A DNA stretch of 63,958 nt, filler included, from Lama guanicoe (Eukaryota): the NCBI GenBank assembly GCA_013239625.1. It is 143 parts of 143 records of this genome, joined end to end, with 100 filler letters (N's around TTAATTAATTAA, not from the genome) between each part and the next. Parts side by side here need not be neighbours in the genome. Positions count along the whole stretch, not along the records: positions 59,570 to 59,918 come from PNXV01057541.1; positions 60,019 to 60,367 come from PNXV01057542.1; positions 60,468 to 60,816 come from PNXV01057543.1; positions 60,917 to 61,265 come from PNXV01057544.1; positions 61,366 to 61,714 come from PNXV01057545.1; positions 61,815 to 62,163 come from PNXV01057546.1; positions 62,264 to 62,612 come from PNXV01057547.1; positions 62,713 to 63,061 come from PNXV01057548.1; 135 more parts are not named here. One strand, 5' to 3'. Under the pieces are notes generated by a model. The model did not search any database and was not told the DNA's origin. It saw only the letters and a program-made list of their open reading frames with translations. Every line of letters starts with the position of its first letter. The stretch's first letter is position 1. This document shows, piece after piece, positions 59,470 to 63,958 of this stretch. The translations under genes were made by a program, and so were the position numbers.

Positions 59470-61434
59470 NNNNNNNNNNNNNNNNNNNNNNNNNNNNNNN
59501 NNNNNNNNNNNNNTTAATTAATTAANNNNNNNNNNNNNNNNNNNNNNNNNNNNNNNNNNNNNNNNNNNNGAAATTTGTTTTTTCTGTATGTGTATTTTCC
59601 AGTGAATGAGGATGTGTTCGTGTTCTGGGAGGGGGAGGCAGAGAGAGACCCAACCTCAATCCTAACAAAAGGAAAGCAAATTAAAGCAACGGCGAGAATC
59701 TGACCTCTCAGATTGTCAAAAATGGAAAAGGTTGATAATGTACAGTGTTGGCAAGGCACTCCCAAATGTTGTTGGTGGATGTGTAAATTTGTATGGTCTT
59801 TTTTGAAGAGCCATTTGACAATGTCTACCAGATTTTAAATGTACGTTGCCTATAACTCACCGGGATCTACTTCTAAAAATGCCTGCTGCACACAGAAAAC
59901 AAAACATGGTTACCAAAGNNNNNNNNNNNNNNNNNNNNNNNNNNNNNNNNNNNNNNNNNNNNTTAATTAATTAANNNNNNNNNNNNNNNNNNNNNNNNNN
60001 NNNNNNNNNNNNNNNNNNCTAGCCCGCTTCTATCCGGGGGAATGGAAGTCCAGGTCACTGCCGAGAGATGCTGGGAGCCTTGCTGAGGGCACAGTGCAGG
60101 GAGTTTAATTGTCCAGCCTGAGATCAGCAAGATCAACAGGGAAGGTCGTCTTGATGGAGCTTGATTCCTGAGTCACACAATTGAGGGTAGAATTTGGAGC
60201 TGAGACCACGACACCACCATATTGTGGGAAAGGGGAAACCCTAGTAGCAATGGACACACACTGGGGGAGGCTGGAGGAGGCATGCAGCCTGGAATCCTTG
60301 GGCACGAGATGGGTCCAAGGCGCCCCCTCCCCCTGTGGGGCTGACATTTCACCCTCTCTCTTACTCTNNNNNNNNNNNNNNNNNNNNNNNNNNNNNNNNN
60401 NNNNNNNNNNNTTAATTAATTAANNNNNNNNNNNNNNNNNNNNNNNNNNNNNNNNNNNNNNNNNNNNGGGACCGTCCTCTAGAACTTGAACCACTCCACG
60501 CCCTGGGCACTGGGGCAGGCTCTGCAAGAAAGCGGTCCCACTATGAGGCTGAGCACCATGGAACTGGCCCGCTCCGCCTCTTCTGGCTGGATCTTGGGAC
60601 AGAACTAGGCAGGGTCCAAGGCGGCCAGCACGGACAGCTCCTGCACCCTCCCACCTGCCAAACCTGCCGGTGCCCTGCATCTCTGCTCCTCAGAAGAGCC
60701 CTCCGTACTCTGCTCCATTCACCTCCTCCCCACCTGCCAAGGATCAGTACTACCAGCACGCTGCCCGGGGAGGTGGGGGGAGCTGACCTCCACCTTGCCC
60801 AGCCCGAAGATCTGCCNNNNNNNNNNNNNNNNNNNNNNNNNNNNNNNNNNNNNNNNNNNNTTAATTAATTAANNNNNNNNNNNNNNNNNNNNNNNNNNNN
60901 NNNNNNNNNNNNNNNNAAGGCTCACCTGTTCACTTTCTTTCAGTATATAAAGCAAGGGACAGATTCAGAATATTTTGAAGGGCCTAACTGAAAACCAGAG
61001 AATATCATTGCATTCTTTGAATTCCAAAGACAGTATCAGACACATAGTAGATGCTCAAAAAATGAGGGGAGGATGGGTGGATGGAGAAATAGAATAACAT
61101 TCACATCTCAAGAGAAAACTTCTAGTGAAATCAGAACAATAAATTATTTTTCCAGGAGTGAGAAGTCCTAGACTTGAGTACTGAGATGGATTATTTCAAA
61201 CATCCACTTATTTGTTAATTTTTAATAAATTCTAATGAGCAGGGTCAACCCTAACGGCAATTTTANNNNNNNNNNNNNNNNNNNNNNNNNNNNNNNNNNN
61301 NNNNNNNNNTTAATTAATTAANNNNNNNNNNNNNNNNNNNNNNNNNNNNNNNNNNNNNNNNNNNNATGGAACAAGGTAGAGTCCATATTTTATTCTACAT
61401 TCAAAAGGAAATCTTTTAAGTTGAAAATCTCTGT

Positions 61435-61526
61435 GACCCCATTGCCAAATAAGGTCACATTCTGAGGTATTAGGGGTTAGGACTTCAACATATTAATTTT
61501 GGGTGAATACAGATGAAGCTGTAACA
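61435..61526 (-). mobile_element. MLT1A/B/C-like LTR end
   Basis: ccaaataaggtcacattctgaggtattaggggttaggacttcaacatattaattttggg...gtaaca. Confidence 0.8.
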
Positions 61527-63224
61527 GATGGTTAGTCCTGATATTAGATCTGCCTTCAGCCTTTATGAAAAGTTTCTAATACAGTCATTTTAACAACCTC
61601 TTTTCATTATAGAAATTAACTGAATACTAAAATTAACATTGCAATGCAAACTGTCTCTAGTCAAATAAATTGGAATTTGGCTGTCTGATACATTAGCCGA
61701 ATTTTTTTTTTTTTNNNNNNNNNNNNNNNNNNNNNNNNNNNNNNNNNNNNNNNNNNNNTTAATTAATTAANNNNNNNNNNNNNNNNNNNNNNNNNNNNNN
61801 NNNNNNNNNNNNNNTTTTCTTCACTGAAAAGATTACATAGATCAACACTCTTTTGCCTCTTGGATTTCTACCAACTCTTACGTGTATAATGCACCCTATG
61901 CCCTGTTGGACCCCTTCGTAGCTAAAGGTCTTAATTAAAATATTCCATCTACTAGGTAACTTTCCTTAGGGTCATGCCCACACACAATGGCACTTCTTTG
62001 AACAACACTTGTTCCCATATAAATGTCCATTAAGGCATCTGTAACAATATATTGCACACAATTATGTCAAAATATGTGTTCTCTCTCCACTCCTCTAAAC
62101 TCCTTGAAAACAAGGATCACATGTCTCCTCTTTCCACTTCAGGAAGGTAGGGGTAGGTGCTTANNNNNNNNNNNNNNNNNNNNNNNNNNNNNNNNNNNNN
62201 NNNNNNNTTAATTAATTAANNNNNNNNNNNNNNNNNNNNNNNNNNNNNNNNNNNNNNNNNNNNTATTCTTTCATAAACAGTAATATATATCTCTGCAAGG
62301 CCATGATCAAAATCTTCTGTTAGCACCTCAGAATCAAAAATATGACATTTAACACTATTCCTGCTCCACATGTTAAAGTTGGTAGCGTTGCTATGTAATT
62401 GTCATGATTTAAGCTGTATTTTCTTAGGAAGCTACAACTTAACTACACATTACATTACTGTGTCATGAAAGGCCTAAATTCTTTATAGAGCATGAAAATG
62501 AGTGTACATAAAAAGGACAGATTAATAAATAGATAAAAAGTGAAAAATTCTTAAAGCGAAAACAAGCAAGTGCAAACCAAAAGAAGCCAAATATATGGGA
62601 TACAGAACATGGNNNNNNNNNNNNNNNNNNNNNNNNNNNNNNNNNNNNNNNNNNNNTTAATTAATTAANNNNNNNNNNNNNNNNNNNNNNNNNNNNNNNN
62701 NNNNNNNNNNNNATGCCTAGGATACAGGTAGGGTCTTGAAACGGAAAGAGCCCACTAAATGAAAGCATCGTCAATGCATTCATTATATATCTTAAGATCA
62801 AAAAAGTAATATTCCATCTCCATCCTCTGCTGTCTTTCTCTCTTAACGTCTCCTTCCTCATATATATGATAAAGCCTTTGAAAGAATTAACATTTATACT
62901 GCTACAAGGTCCTAAGAATTTTTAATGTAGTGTCCAATATAACTTTCTGCTCCAGTCTTACCTTTTTCCCCCAAACCTCCTAACTCAAAAAATATCCATA
63001 AATGTAGTCCCTAGGAGTGATGCCTCTTTGTCTCTTTCTAATGTTATTTTATTAGTACACCNNNNNNNNNNNNNNNNNNNNNNNNNNNNNNNNNNNNNNN
63101 NNNNNTTAATTAATTAANNNNNNNNNNNNNNNNNNNNNNNNNNNNNNNNNNNNNNNNNNNNTGACTCCTTCCTGTCACCATGCCAGGGATATTCTGGAGG
63201 TTGTTAAGATCTTTTTTTTTTTTT

Positions 63225-63510
63225 CATTTTAAAATAAGCTTTAGTTTTCAGAACAGCTTGAGTCTTAAAATTGTGAATGTAGTACGGAGAATTCCCATAT
63301 ACCCTGAGCCCAGTTTCCCTGAAACTAACATCTCATATTTGTACGGTCCATTTCTTACAATGAATAAATCAATATTAATACAACATTGTTAACTAAAGTC
63401 CACAGTTTATTCAGATTTTACCTAATCTTTTGTTCTGTTCAGTATCCTGTTCAGGATAACATATTACATTTAGTCATCACTTCTCCTTAGGCTCCTCTTG
63501 GCTGGGACAA
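63225..63510 (-). mobile_element. Old L1MC/L1MD-type 3' UTR fragment
   Basis: gagaattcccatataccc...cagtttccct...aactaaagtccacagtttattcagattt...catttagtcatcacttctccttaggctcctcttggctg. Confidence 0.75.
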
Positions 63511-63610
63511 NNNNNNNNNNNNNNNNNNNNNNNNNNNNNNNNNNNNNNNNNNNNTTAATTAATTAANNNNNNNNNNNNNNNNNNNNNNNNNNNNNNNNNN
63601 NNNNNNNNNN

Positions 63611-63958
63611 TGTTCTAGCTTCATTGATTTACATGCTGCTGTCCAGTTTTCCCAAAACCGTTTGAAGAAGAGACTGTCTTTATTCCATTGTATAAAAAAA
63701 TTAATCTGTGTGTTAATACCTTCCAAGAAATAAAACTTAAGACTTAGATACTTTTTGCTAGTAAATTCTACCAAGCATTAAAAAAAGAAATAACACCAAT
63801 GTAATATAATCTCTGCAAGGAAATAAAAGAGGAGGGAACATTATTTTAAAACCTGAAGCAAAAACATCACAAGAAAAGGCCAATATACTTTTTGGACATA
63901 GATCCAAATATCTTCAATAAAATATTTGCAGATGAATCCAGAAATACATAAAAAGAAT
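63611..63958. mobile_element. LINE-1 ORF2 fragments (minus 63611-63692, then older plus-strand piece)
   Basis: ctgtccagttttcccaaaaccgtttgaagaagagactgtctttattccattgtat; then gtaaattctaccaagcatt...aaataaaagaggagggaaca. Confidence 0.8.

Noticed and set aside
60468..60816. Plus-strand frame open across nearly the whole contig
   Set aside because: GC-rich sequence with no recognisable protein, start or splice context.

Overview
This window is not a contiguous locus. It is an artificial concatenation of about 143 unrelated mammalian mini-contigs joined by an identical 100-bp spacer, N44-TTAATTAATTAA-N44. The spacer core is a palindrome with stop codons in all six frames. Contigs are sorted by length: 347 bp up to 13752, 348 bp from 13853 to 41072, and 349 bp from 41173. 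Adjacency therefore has no biological meaning. A Vic-1-like SINE and the L1 3' ends suggest a camelid genome. Much of the content is L1, MaLR/ERVL, hAT-MITE debris and unassigned unique DNA. By recall of mammalian proteins and mRNAs (no database search) I recognise apparently intact fragments of OR8K-like, MAGE-B, BMI1 exon 1, FHOD3, IRX1, PIAS4, ITGA7 and OR6F1. There are also decayed copies of RBBP4 (processed) and DUSP7, and three degenerate exon copies that keep splice sites: ACTR3B-like with a stop, OTOF with a 1-nt frameshift, and a diverged GRID1. A ~248-bp satellite-like tandem unit is also present. I see no evidence for a new multi-gene system. The best leads are the intron-flanked degenerate exon copies, the satellite, and GC-rich exons of single-copy genes stranded in unplaced contigs.
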